Positions 50,901-62,700 of a stretch of 64,000 nucleotides of DNA are shown piece by piece (position 1 is the stretch's first letter; every line of letters begins with the position of its first letter). Below the pieces are notes generated by a model that saw nothing but the letters and a program-made list of their open reading frames with translations, searched no databases and had not been told where the DNA came from. The DNA lies in assembly GCA_030141605.1 (NCBI GenBank), contig JAQGDQ010000740.1:1-64000 (forward strand). Reading direction: 5' to 3'. Both the position numbers and the translations under genes were made by a program. The stretch is from Tubiluchus corallicola. Lineage: Eukaryota; Animalia; Priapulida.

Positions 50901-53900
50901 GAATCAAAAAATTACAATCTGAACCTACATAACAACATGAATCACAAAATATTAGCAAACTAAATACAGTCTTAGTCTTTTACCATGTTTTCCAATTCCC
51001 ATTCCAGGCTTATATCCCATTTTTGATAAAAGAGCAAATCCCTTATTGTCTGGACCTAAAGCAGTTTCTAAGCCGCTGGTTCTATTCTGCTGTTCCAAAG
51101 CCTTTTTGCTCACAGTTCTGCAAAAAAATAAATAAAAAAAATATTGAAGCTTTGAATAATAATTAATAGAGGAACTTTGAATTTTAGTTCTTCTGTCCTA
51201 TCAAATATACAGTTTCTAAAACTGTGCTAAAGCTACACACTCAGTAATATGTATGAAGTAAGCTGATGTTTGTAGGCCTACCAATTTGTGCAAAATCTAC
51301 TGAAAATCAAGAGAACTATTACAGCTGTTATATAAAATTACTTTATTACTTTAATTCTTTAAGTTTATTTTCTCCTGTGCATTACATATTGTGTTCAGGA
51401 AATAATGTAGCAAGACACAGCAAAGTATTTATGCCACAAATGGAAAGGTAGCTGAATGCACACTAAACACAGATGGAAGAAGACAAGTAAGATTAACTTA
51501 CAGCTTAGGAGAATTGTTTATTTAAAACTTAAGTTTTTGTAATGACTGCAAGATGTGTGAGAATTCAGTAGTAGTATTGGAAAATATACTACATACATGG
51601 AAAATATTTATTTATGGTCAGTTTTTTATGATAGACATACAAATTTCACCACAAGATGTCAGAAAAGAAAACAGGCTACCATCAATGAAACTGTATTTTG
51701 CTTTGCTGTGTTTCAACTGCACAAATTTGGAGAATTAGTTGCGATTTTGTAAAGGCTATTACAAGAAGTTAAGTGTCAATGCCAAGTTTCAAACTTTAGT
51801 TTCAAATCTACATAAAGCTTCTAGTGTTAGGTATTTCTGTTTTGTGTTTGTCGCTCATGACATATTGCCCTTTTACAAAGACAGGCCTAAACAAAAAATG
51901 ATACCTATATAATGACAATTGCTTGCTACTAGCTAACAAATGTGGGAGTTTGTTGTGCAGCAATGTAACGCGAGTTGACGTTAGTGATTCAGTAAGTGCC
52001 ATCCAGCAAACAGAGTGAAGATAAGCAGCATATTTGCATCAAAACAAGTCTCTTAGAAATCAATCACGAAAAAACAAATGTTTTAGTTTTTGAGCAAAGT
52101 TAAGAAGTACAATGAAACATCCGTCATTAGGGTGAAGCGAAATGTGATCGATGTTAACACGCATCAACACGATGTTGTGGGACATCATACAGAGAGGATT
52201 TGCCATATTGTGTAATAGACGATCAAGCATCAAAGCTCAGCAGAATAAAGTACTTGCCTTCTCACAGTGACATCTAGTAGCAAAATGTTTAACATATTTA
52301 CTTGTTTTGAGCATTTTTCTTCCTTGACAAGGCTTCCAATGTATACTCTCTAGCTTTTGTCCGATTGTGCACCAAGCCAGGCCGTTTATCCTCACTGAAA
52401 TTACCCAAGCAAATTTCACTTATGAAAAAAGTTGTTTTGAATCTTTCTGGAAAATATGCATGCCACAACATTGCATCTATATCTTACATTAGATCAAGTT
52501 CATTCAGTTCAGAACATGAGCTGGAAAGCATCCAGTCATAAAAAGAAGGGAAGATACTAAAGTGCACCTAATTACTGAGCAGCTGACGGTCACGCAGTAA
52601 CTTCTGACAACTTAGTTATCTCTGTACTTAAAGATTCGCCAAAGTTTTGCCTTCTCGGACAACAACAGGAAACTTAGAATACTAAACAGAGATCTATTCT
52701 AAAACAATGTTATTTGATATTGGTTTCTTCTGATCTGATAAGATATCCATGTTTAACCTTGGAGACTAATTCAATATTGCAAAAAATTCCTGATATAGTA
52801 ATTGTTTATGTAAGTACCTGCAAGTACTATATAAAAAGGAGCACAAATTTTGTTTGTAAGTAGGCCTATTTATTCAAATTGATGATCCTAAATTCATCTT
52901 TTTCATAAATAAGGAGGTTGTATACTGCAGCAGTATTTAATATATTATACAGATCAAGAAAAGTTTACTTAGCTAAAATATAAAGAAACATCTAAATGAA
53001 AGTTTCATTAAAAGGAAATAATGAAGTCATGTAGCAACCATTGGATCACCTGTCTTCAATCCATCCAGGGTTATCATGCTATTATTAACATTACTGGTTT
53101 AAAGAACTAAAACCAAACTGTCAAAGTGACAGTTGACTATAATGATAAGTAAATAATAACTGAGAATACAAAAAAGATCAAAAGACAGAAAAAAGACATA
53201 CAGAAAAAACTTACAATTAACGTCTTTGATGTGATTATAGTGGTCATTAAATCAAATAAGTCATATTACAATTATTTATAAACAATCCATTATATGTGTT
53301 TACGAACATCACATATAAAACTAAGTGATAGTAAATGCAATAGCAATGCAAAACTGGAACAACAATTCATGTCACAGCTAACGGTTCTACAAACTATATG
53401 CAAATGTTTAGAAATATGTATCAAAAGTAGAATTTAACAACACAAATCTTGTACATGAAAAGTATTAACACCTCAAATCATTAATTGAATGTCTACAAGC
53501 TGTGTAGACAATCATTATAATGATGCCACAGATTTTTTCAGCTCAGCTGCAAGTCAATAACAACTTTTTTTCGGTGCGAAACATCAATGAAAATGCTTTC
53601 TTACCTAACAGAAAAAATGAACAAGTTCATTTCAAAATAGCCAATCATATAAGCATATTCAAGCTATTATTGAAATAATAATACTGCTAATTTGCAGACA
53701 ATGGGAATTTAATCCCAAGGTCTCTGGTTTAAGTCACGATTTGGTTACAATTTCTCAGAGCACATCTCCTTTCTTTGTTCAACTCATTAGTTAGGTAGAG
53801 CTATTGGATTGTATGCTGTAGGGATAATAATTCAAGCCTGCTGTGTCATGCTGAGTCTATAGCTCAAATGGCACAGCATGGGAGTTCTACTTCCAAGGTC

Positions 53901-55524
53901 TTGGGCTCGAGTCCCAATTGGCTCACAATTTTTGTATTTCCTTCTTTGTTTGACTCATTGACTACTAGGCCACTAGTTGTTGAGATATGCATCGCAATGA
54001 TTTATTAATTTCTGGCATTCACAGATATAATCTAATTAACACTGTCATAAAAAAGACATAAACATTAGCCCTTGTACCTTCCTATACTATAGGTATAAAG
54101 GCTAATGTACCCTGTAATGGTACTCTTGCTGTTGAACCTATGCCAGCAAAGCATACCTTGTTATTGAACACGTTTTTCTTCTTAATAAAATTATTCAGCT
54201 TTTAAGTTATTATAAATACTCTGCAATGTTGAATTAATTGCGTCGTTTCATAAGTATATAATGACTGAAACTAGGAAGCTACAATAAATAAAAAATTTGT
54301 TTTCCATTTTTAAAAAATGCATTTGGTGTGTAAAGGTAGTCAACCGATTATCACGCAACGTCGTTGAGTGGTTGAACAAGGCTGTTTCGAATGTGGATAC
54401 GATGATAACAAACAAGCTCACTCGTTATGCAAGTAAGTACGCAGCATTAGGCACTAAACTGCTAATAACCTAACTCAGTCTATAATGCTTAAGTAAAAAT
54501 AAGATTTCAACAGAAAAGCTAAAAGGCATGTAAAGAAATAAAAAATAAGGCAGTGTCTAAAGGTACGGATCCACATCCGGAACTGCAGCAACTAAAAATA
54601 AGAATCCGTGTCTCGAAAGTATTCACTAGAAAATACGAATGATCTGTACGGCGAACAATATTAACGAGAAAATACGGATCGCTGTACCGCGAAAGATATT
54701 GACGAGAAATACGGTTTGCCGTCAGAGAGGTGCAATATATTGCTTTCTTGTTTAACCACAACCTCTAATCCACAATTGTAAATATGCACATCCGCTAGAT
54801 CTGCGGATTGAGTGAAATCCACATAGATATTGAGCGAGTCATGCTTTATTTCTATAGTATAAACATAGCGTCTGTCTGTTTTTGGTAAGAAAGATGCATT
54901 AATCCCGTTTGCATACGAAAAACAACAGGATTAGATTAAAAAAACTTTTCTCTTATATTATGCTAAACTTTTAATTTTTTTTTATATATGTTTATATTAT
55001 CAATTGAATACATATGCGTCTTCCCATTGTAACAGTTTTATCTCACTAATTAGCATTGTTAGTGCTTGAACATTTAACAATGTAAAGGATTACATAAATT
55101 TAGGGTACTTGCTTGACGTTAGTTAATATTTTTACTGATAAATACCTTTAAAAAGAATGTGCATATCCTATTACTGTGCATGCCAGTTTTAATTTTTAAT
55201 AATTATAAAATGTTTTTACTGGAGCTCTGCTGCTTTACGTGTAACACTAGAAGTCTAAGGAAATTGCAGCAATAGTGAACTATTGTCTGCAATGGTAAAA
55301 ATTGTCAAAATCCGTATGTTTTGTAAATGTCACAAAAAGCACGGATCCGTATTTGCCGCAAAAATAGTTACGAATACGCATCCGTATTCGGTATCGCAGA
55401 AAAGACGAGTACGGATCCGTACCTCTAGTCACTGCCAAAAAATAATTAATATCAATGACCACAGAGCAAGCACTGCTTCCGACATATAATCATCTTCATC
55501 TGCGTCAGAGATATTTTTCTCCAT
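47999..55524 (-). CDS. GPATCH11: G-patch domain-containing protein 11 (about 282 aa)
   Basis: Exons 55524-55460, 52394-52302, 51117-50984, 49996-49740, 48768-48607 and 48136-47999. Motifs DDYMS...EDKRPGL, G-patch DNKGFALLSKMGYKPGMGIGKH...GRIEPISVDVKTGRGGLG, DLKQSQRICHQLD, and C-terminal YLRTQHFYCLWCGTTY...NCPG. Confidence 0.95.
48211..48300 (+). mobile_element. tRNA+5S-like composite SINE fragment, copy 1
   Basis: CCGAGTGGTCAA (tRNA A-box-like) followed by TGAAATTAAGCAATGCTGAGG...TCAGTAAATGG, which resembles the 5S rRNA internal control region. Aligns with the copy at about 60593-60700. Confidence 0.45.
53853..53925 (+). pseudogene. tRNA-Arg(TCT)-like pseudogene or SINE head
   Basis: A cloverleaf can be drawn (acceptor GAGTCTA/TTGGCTC, D arm GCT/AGC, anticodon stem TGGGA/TTCCA with loop GTTCTAC, T stem TTGGG/CCCAA). 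The T loop CTCGAGT and the anticodon loop are non-canonical. A more decayed tandem copy lies at about 53683-53750. Confidence 0.55.
54549..55436. mobile_element. Mutator-like (MULE) MITE with a 9-bp TSD
   Basis: TIRs GGCAGTGTCTAAAGGTACGGATCC and GGATCCGTACCTCTAGTCACTGCC. Identical flanks AAAAAATAA at 54540-54548 and 55437-55445. Many subterminal ACGGAT/ATCCGT motifs. Confidence 0.85.
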
Positions 55525-55838
55525 TTTTCTAGTCTTGTCTATTCACTGAACTCTTAAACGACTGAAAATGAAACTGAATTCAGCAGACATGCAGTTCCAC
55601 CAGAAGCTTGCAAATCTTCATTGAGTTTATCCGCAAAAAGCTGTTGCAATGTACGGCATCTTCGATACGCTATGTGAGTCAAAGTCGCGTAACAAATGTT
55701 TCTTTATTAATTCACTTCATATTTTTTAACACTGCGTGCGCTGTGAGAATGGTAGCATTGGTATTGTGGTATGATAGGCAGGCGTTCTGGGCACTCGACA
55801 GTACCTTCGGTGTTTGCGATGCCGTGTATAAAGCAGCT
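55525..55838. promoter_or_regulatory. Bidirectional promoter / 5' UTR region of GPATCH11 and HEATR5B, including a putative non-coding HEATR5B exon 1 ending at 55838
   Basis: GPATCH11 ATG at 55524 (-) and a + strand donor CT|GTAAGT at 55838/55839. The region is locally CpG-richer and has TGAGTCA and TGCGTGCGC motifs. The first HEATR5B coding exon has an acceptor upstream of its ATG, so an upstream exon is required. Confidence 0.6.
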
Positions 55839-56589
55839 GTAAGTGGATAAAAATTATTCTAAGCGATTATATTTTACGTACGATTGATGTCAACACAAAA
55901 ACGTGATCTATACATGAATGTGTAGTTCTGAAACCGTTCTCTTGATTTACCAGTAAATCATTTGTTTCCAAAAAACTAACAAGCCTGGCAATTGTTTAAT
56001 ATAAAACTATATATTCTAGAAACTGAAGAAAGTAAAAGGATGCCTTATTGGACCCTTTAAGAATTGGCTTTGCACTGCTCCATATTTTGGGTGTAAAGCT
56101 ATTTGAAAAACATGTTATGAAAAGATAATTTTAACAGAAGTTTTAAGTACTTTAGTTCTTCAAAGTTTCATTTGGCATACCGTCGATACCATTAGATTTG
56201 TTATTTTTGATGTCAAAAAAACTCTTTATTTTGCTTTCATTGATTGGATCATAAGAACAATAATATTATTATTATTCGTTTAATTTGCATAACTGCTATC
56301 ATTTGTTATTGTAGGTTTGTTATTACTAAGGGGCAATGGGGTAATGGAAGGTCAAATGGGCGTTTATATGCCTGTCCTACAAACACACATAATAGTGTCC
56401 ATTAGGCCTACTAAATTATAAATACTTTGTGCTACCACGTCCTATATAACAAAGAGAAAAAGAGAGAGAAAGAACGATAAAAGAGAGAGAGAAAGAGCGA
56501 AAAAGAGAAAAAGAAAGTGAGTGTCAAAGTAAGAGCCATGCAAATGCTAATGCTTTACACTACAGTTACGATATGTCTAAGTGTAACAA

Positions 56590-58510
56590 AATGGATCAAA
56601 CTGTAAACAATTTTGGCAAAAAACTCACAGAATTACATATTACATGTAATCTTGGAATATTAAATGGAAGAAAACTGGGGCACTCTTTCGGCTGTTATCC
56701 TTGCCATACCTCTATGGCAAACGCTCTATTGATTATGTTTTAATCAGTGAAGAAGCGCATGACTGGTATATTCCTTTTCAATAGAAGGTCCAGAATCATA
56801 CTCAGACCACAAGAGAATCACTTTCCAAATAAGTTGTGATACCTTGAATAGTGTTAGTGTTTATGCTCCCATACCAAAACAAGAAAACCTACAAACCTTC
56901 AAATGGGATGAACTTGCAAAAATTAGATTTCAATCAGCATTATACAGGGCATTATGCAGCAATCTATGTAAAAATGACATTTCATTGTCTCTCTCTGACC
57001 ATGATGCACTTGAAATTCATAACAAGAAAATGAAATGCTTGCTGTTTGCCAATAATATAGTTCTCTTTATTAGGTCAAAAGAAGGATTGCAAAATATGAT
57101 CAACAAATTATCAGAAAACACGTCAGAAAATCTTCTTCAGATTAACTATAAGAAGACAAAAGTTGTGACATTTGGCAAAAAGCTCCTAATCACACATTTA
57201 CGTGTAACCTAGCCTCTATATCAAATGAAAAACACATAAAATATCCTACTTTACAAGCACGGAATATAATACCGAGCACACAGAAACAGTGAAAAAACAG
57301 AGCATCAGTTCTTTATTTAAATTAACATCTTTAATATTCAATTCTATTTAATTTTTTCCACCACATTAACATATCTGTTTGATACCCTTCTAGTACCAAT
57401 AGCCATTCATGTATGTTAAATCTGGCCAACTGCCAATTACAACAAAATTAAACAGAATCAACAATCAGACACAGAAAAAATACTCAAAGGCTGAAACTAG
57501 TTCCCCTCTAAACATATTTTAAACAAGTTTGCAAAATGGGGGGGGGCTTGTTGTTTGCTCTACAGCTTCAAACAGAGCCTGTGAGGCAGAACTGACACTA
57601 TTTCCAATCCTAAAAAAGTTACAAAAATGACATTTAAAATGCCTTTCAGCCCACTGCAAACCAAGAAATACACTTCTCAAACATCTCTTCAAACACCTAG
57701 ACACCCCAAGTAACTGGGACTGTTTTGACAAACACAGGGAGTAGGAAATCCCTTGAAGAAAGAATATCAGAAAAATCTAGAAGCAGCTAGGCTACAAAGC
57801 GTTACTTTTGAAAGAAATATATAATGATAATAGGAAAGTGGGCAGAAAGAATAAGCTTGGCTTTTACAGAAACATAAAATACACATACCACAAAGAGCCA
57901 TATCTTCAGACTATAAATTATAAACAACAAAGACGTAACATAACAAAACTCTGAATACACGATCATGACCTACAAATTGAAAATGGCAGATACATGAATC
58001 AACAAGAAAATGAAAGACCATGTTTTTTCTGTATCATTAGTAGAGATAATGTGCAAAACCCAATGGAAAATGAACATCTCTTCCTATTTGAATTCCTTGC
58101 ATGTCAAACAAAAAGTTGAAAATCATTTTCATAATTTCACTTTTTTAAATGGCTTAGTCTTTTCCATGCTTTGCCTGTTTAATTCCAATAATAAGTCTGC
58201 TCTTAAACAAGGTTTTGTCAGTGAATGCATGCTCTGCAGACCTCCAGACCTCCATGCCCTGCAGACCATCAAAACCCTCCATACCATACATAAGCAATAA
58301 TGAGGAATGCTGGTTGGACATAGTATTATTTTTGTCTAACGTAAATAAAGGCTTTTTGTGTTATTGGGCATAGTTAATGTTTAATTAAATTTTTTGTATG
58401 TATACGTGTGTTAACTTATTAAAATACTTTGTGTAATAGTTAGAGCTAAGTCATAGCTAATTTTGCTAATGTGGGTAGTCTAATCAATTTGAGCAAATAA
58501 ACTGAATTGA
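56590..58510 (+). mobile_element. Decayed, internally deleted LINE (RTE-X-like) in HEATR5B intron 1
   Basis: Remnants NNFGKKL...NLGILNGR...SIDYVLIS (endonuclease end), LLFANNIVL...GLQNMINKL...LQINYKKTKVVTF (RT), and KLGFYRNIK...EPYL...HDLQIENGRY...ERPCFFC...ENEHLFL (C-terminal). Ends AATAAACTGAATTGA. Confidence 0.8.
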
Positions 58511-59702
58511 TAATTTTTCGGAAATTAGCATGATTGTGTGTATTTTTTGGAAAACGCAAATAGTGTTTTATTAAAATATTGGACAAGAGTAATTGTAAAT
58601 TTGTAATACCATTTCGTAACTGCTGTGTTATTGTTAATGGTGCAGCACACGACCTGCCAGCGTGAAATCACAAATGCCGATAACTAATCACACGTTGCAC
58701 CGCAGGTTAAATCGTTGCAGAAGATTTCTCCTTGTAGTCTTCTAGGTTGTGTAAGGGATGAAGGATTAGTACATAAGCAAGTGAAAATGAACTAGACAAT
58801 AAAAAGTAGGACATCTTTGAAAAAGTTTTTGAAATATTTACTGTTAACTAGTTGCTGAAGCTGTAAAGTAGAAGGCTAAACCTTATTTATACAAATTAAA
58901 AGGAAATGCTCCAGAGGCTGAAACTTGCCGCTTGGTTGTGTCAATGGTTGTTCTGTCGAGCACATTTCGATGTTTTTACCATGTGATTGGATTCAAATAA
59001 AATTTCTTTTGACATAATTTGTAGCCTTACTTTTATGGTTCCTCTGTTTGCTGGTGTCTACATGCAGGTACCAATAGTACGTCCAGATATAGCCTAAATT
59101 ACTCTATGACAGCTTGAAAGTTTATGTTAGTGAGCTAAACTTTCATCGTAAAAGCAAGGTTACTCGTACAAATAAGACATAGCAAAAGTTCTCAATATAT
59201 TTCGTATCCACTTAGAGCTGAAATAGAAAACTAATACAAATTGTAGCGTCGTTTGCATTCAGTTAGCACACTGACCTTATGCTTAAGATATTTTAAAAGA
59301 TGCTAGTGTTGTATTTTGGAAAGGTTCCAACTGGTTTGATATTTTGTGAGACTTTATATTTGATTTGCAAAGCTAACTTATTTTTTATGCTTGCCTATAA
59401 TTTGGTTATTTCTTTTGTGACAAAGAACAAAGTTATTTGAACTTGTTGATTTGTGGAAATCATTGGAAGTATAACCTGTTATTCCGAATAAACTTAAATC
59501 ATTGTAATAATTATAATGTATATGAGTTTATATATATATATATAACTTATCAAACTAAAATTTATATAATGTGTAGGAAATAAAACTACTAAGGTGCATG
59601 TATCAAGTATCACTTTAGTCAACACGATTCAAGACGAGTGAGGAGTTTCACTTATAATATCTTATATAAGTTTTTATTTGTTTCAGGAGTCAGACTGCAA
59701 CA

Positions 59703-62700
59703 ATGATGGAGCTAGCTCACAGCCTCGTGTTAAATGAAAAGGCAGTTGCACAGATTGCTGATGCTAAGAAGCCAGTTTTTGTTTTCGAATGGCTTCGCTT
59801 CTTAGACAAGGTTCTTGTTGCTGCTCAGAAGGTGATGACTTAATCATTAATATTAGACCTGCCACAAAAAAATTTGTTTCTGTCTTACCTCGTGAGCTCA
59901 AAAGGTGTCAGTATGAGGGGAGGAAAAAAATTATGTGAATGTTTAAACCTGAATTGTGGAATATTTAAAATCATTTGAAATAAAAGTTGTTTATTTCTCA
60001 CTGGTTAGCTGCAACGCTTTAAGTATTTTCAATGCATATGTTTTCACGCTTTATTTTTTAGTTTCACATTACTAAATTATCGTATAATTATTGTATAGTC
60101 TGTTTAAAAAAATCATGAACATGTATGTTATGATATTTATGGTACAAGCGGTAACACTACCCGGTAACGGCTGTTAATACACTGATTTGGAGAACATTCC
60201 ATACTTTTTAGCCGCCAATGCAATGAGCATCATTTAAAATTAAAACAGCAACCCCGGTCAAGAGTTAGCCATGGGAAAATATAGCCGCGCTCAGCGTTCC
60301 CCGAAAGAACAATGTTATAATAATTATTACGTTTTAAATTTAAAGAATTACACTTTTATATGACTGCGTCAAGTAAGTATTTGAGCTTGCCAAACAAAAT
60401 TATAAAATTCCAAGCTGGGTGTGCAATTAAAAAATACTACCCGTGCGATTAAATGGAAACAGAAGTATTTTTATTGTCGGCCTTAATTTCTACACTTTTC
60501 AGCTTGGCTCAAATCCAATATGAGCTGCGCCTGTTGAGTGATAGGCATGTTGATAATGTACTTTTTCTAATGGTCTCCTAATAGTATAGAATGGCGTGAT
60601 TAGCCGAGTGATCACTGGGTGTGCTTTGCATGTGAAAGGTAAACAACACTGAGTGCTTCAGTAAATGGTTGAGTTACCATCTGGTTCAGTACTCATTCTA
60701 GGCAGTTTCTTCTATCGTACTGCCTGGATAAAATTCATCTCATTAAGGACATGAATTCGAATGTGACTGAAACACAATTTGCCAAGTAAAATAACATTTT
60801 AGAGTTACTTGATGAACAGATAGATGTCCCGTTAGTGAATGTTGGAGCTTTCTTTGCAGGGCACTAAGTTGTATAAAGAACTAATCTAACTATCATTTTA
60901 GTGAAACAAGTTAGCTATTTTCATTTACATTTGTATGCATCAAACACTAGTGCCTAATATTCAACCTAGCTAAATAAAACTTTAACTGCTGGGTGTACAA
61001 TGTCAATATGAAATTTTAATGTCCTGTAGTTACTACTGTTTAATGTTGCTGTGATACACTTAACCTTTGACCTGCAGCAACTGTGCACAGTGAAACTGTT
61101 GTTCGTTTACACTTGATAAAATGTGAATTGTTGAAACTGCTGTAAATTTTGTATTATATAATTTAGTAAAAATTTACATTGTTTACTTTCTTGAGTCCAC
61201 AGAATGACTTATTGTTGAGTTACTTGCTTGCATTGTAATTTTGTAAACAGATAGCTTTCGCCATGAAGATGGTCTTAATTTCATTCTTGTTGTTCTTCAT
61301 GTAATATGTTTTAGCCATAGTTGTGGCATCTCAGTGGGTATTCTGTGTTCTAAATTTTTATTATACGATGCAATGCTGAATTATTAATTTGTTTATTAAA
61401 TGTTTACTTATAAAATACATCCAATTGTTATTTATTAAATGCCATTCTAAATAACATATTCACAAAATTGATACCGTGACAACCCTAAATGACATGCTAA
61501 ACGACATAGCCAGGCAGTGGGCAGAAGAAACTCACTATGCGTGTGATTCAATGCTTTGCATTCCAGACTAGTTTTACTTACAGCAATTATAGAATGTAAT
61601 GGTGAAATTTATGATGTGTAACTCAATGTTTATTTTTCAGTCTGACATTAAAGGATGCCAGAAGAAACTGGTTACACAGCTGACGCATCAGATACACCAG
61701 AACCCAGGCCCACCTACTAGAAAACTCATTGCAAAAAATCTGGCACATTTATTCAGTGTTGGAGACACGTTTGATTTGTTTGACACAGTAAATAAATGTG
61801 ATGATATACTGAAGAACAAGGACGATTCTCCAACTTATCTTCCAACTCGACTGTGAGTAAATGATTGATCGGAACAAAAATGTGTTTGTTTCTTTTTGTG
61901 TCTATTACTGATTTTAGGTGAAAATGATAACTGAGTTATCATGATGTGCACTTTGTTGCAAAGTTAAACTATGTCAGGCTTGATTATTAAATGGTTGGAT
62001 GGCTGCCAGTAAAAGTTTTGCCGTGTATTTCATTTCCCGTGCAGCCACCCTTAAAAGGCTAAGAGACTTCCTACTGGTGATTTTTCCCAGAAGTTATTTT
62101 TGATAACAATGACTTAGATTTGACGTTTGATCCTGCTGCAGTCACTTGCATTCCGTATCTTTGCAATGAGTGATGGAACATAGTTTACAGAGTACCAGAA
62201 TACCTAAAAATGAAAAAAAATTAAATTCGTTTGTTCTGCTTCTGACCTTATTCATTGTTGATAATAATTCCGTAATACTTTAGTACAACCTAGACCTAGT
62301 CTTATTTCACCTGGAGATAGCTCTTTTTCCAGTGCTGCCTATCGTTTACGGAATGTGCTTTCAGGTGAAGTCAAACACTCCCAAACCAAAATATTGCTGT
62401 TTTTGAACATCAGATTAAAGCATTTTTATTCTTAAAAGCTTTTTAAGTTTTTGTTGTTTTAATCTGTGTCTATACAACATAGTAAAGTTAATCTTTTAAG
62501 CGTTTAAGTACTCACACTCTTTAAATTATGGTTTGTAGATTTTTTGTGAATTTTAAATGTTTGTACGCCAACGAACATTTTTATATAAATTTTAGGCAAT
62601 AAAATTATTATTATTTATCATAATCTGTCTTGTAAGCTTAATTTAAGACTCATATTTAACCTTTAAACTTCTATGTATATGAAATTTCTAATAAGTTTTT

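Noticed and set aside
51808-52002. ORF as an extra GPATCH11 exon
   Set aside because: No similarity to GPATCH11, and exons 52394-52302 and 51117-50984 already join in frame and match the family.
53853-53925. Functional tRNA-Arg gene
   Set aside because: Non-canonical T loop (CTCG instead of TTCG), G at anticodon-loop position 32, an acceptor-stem mismatch, and a decayed tandem copy nearby.
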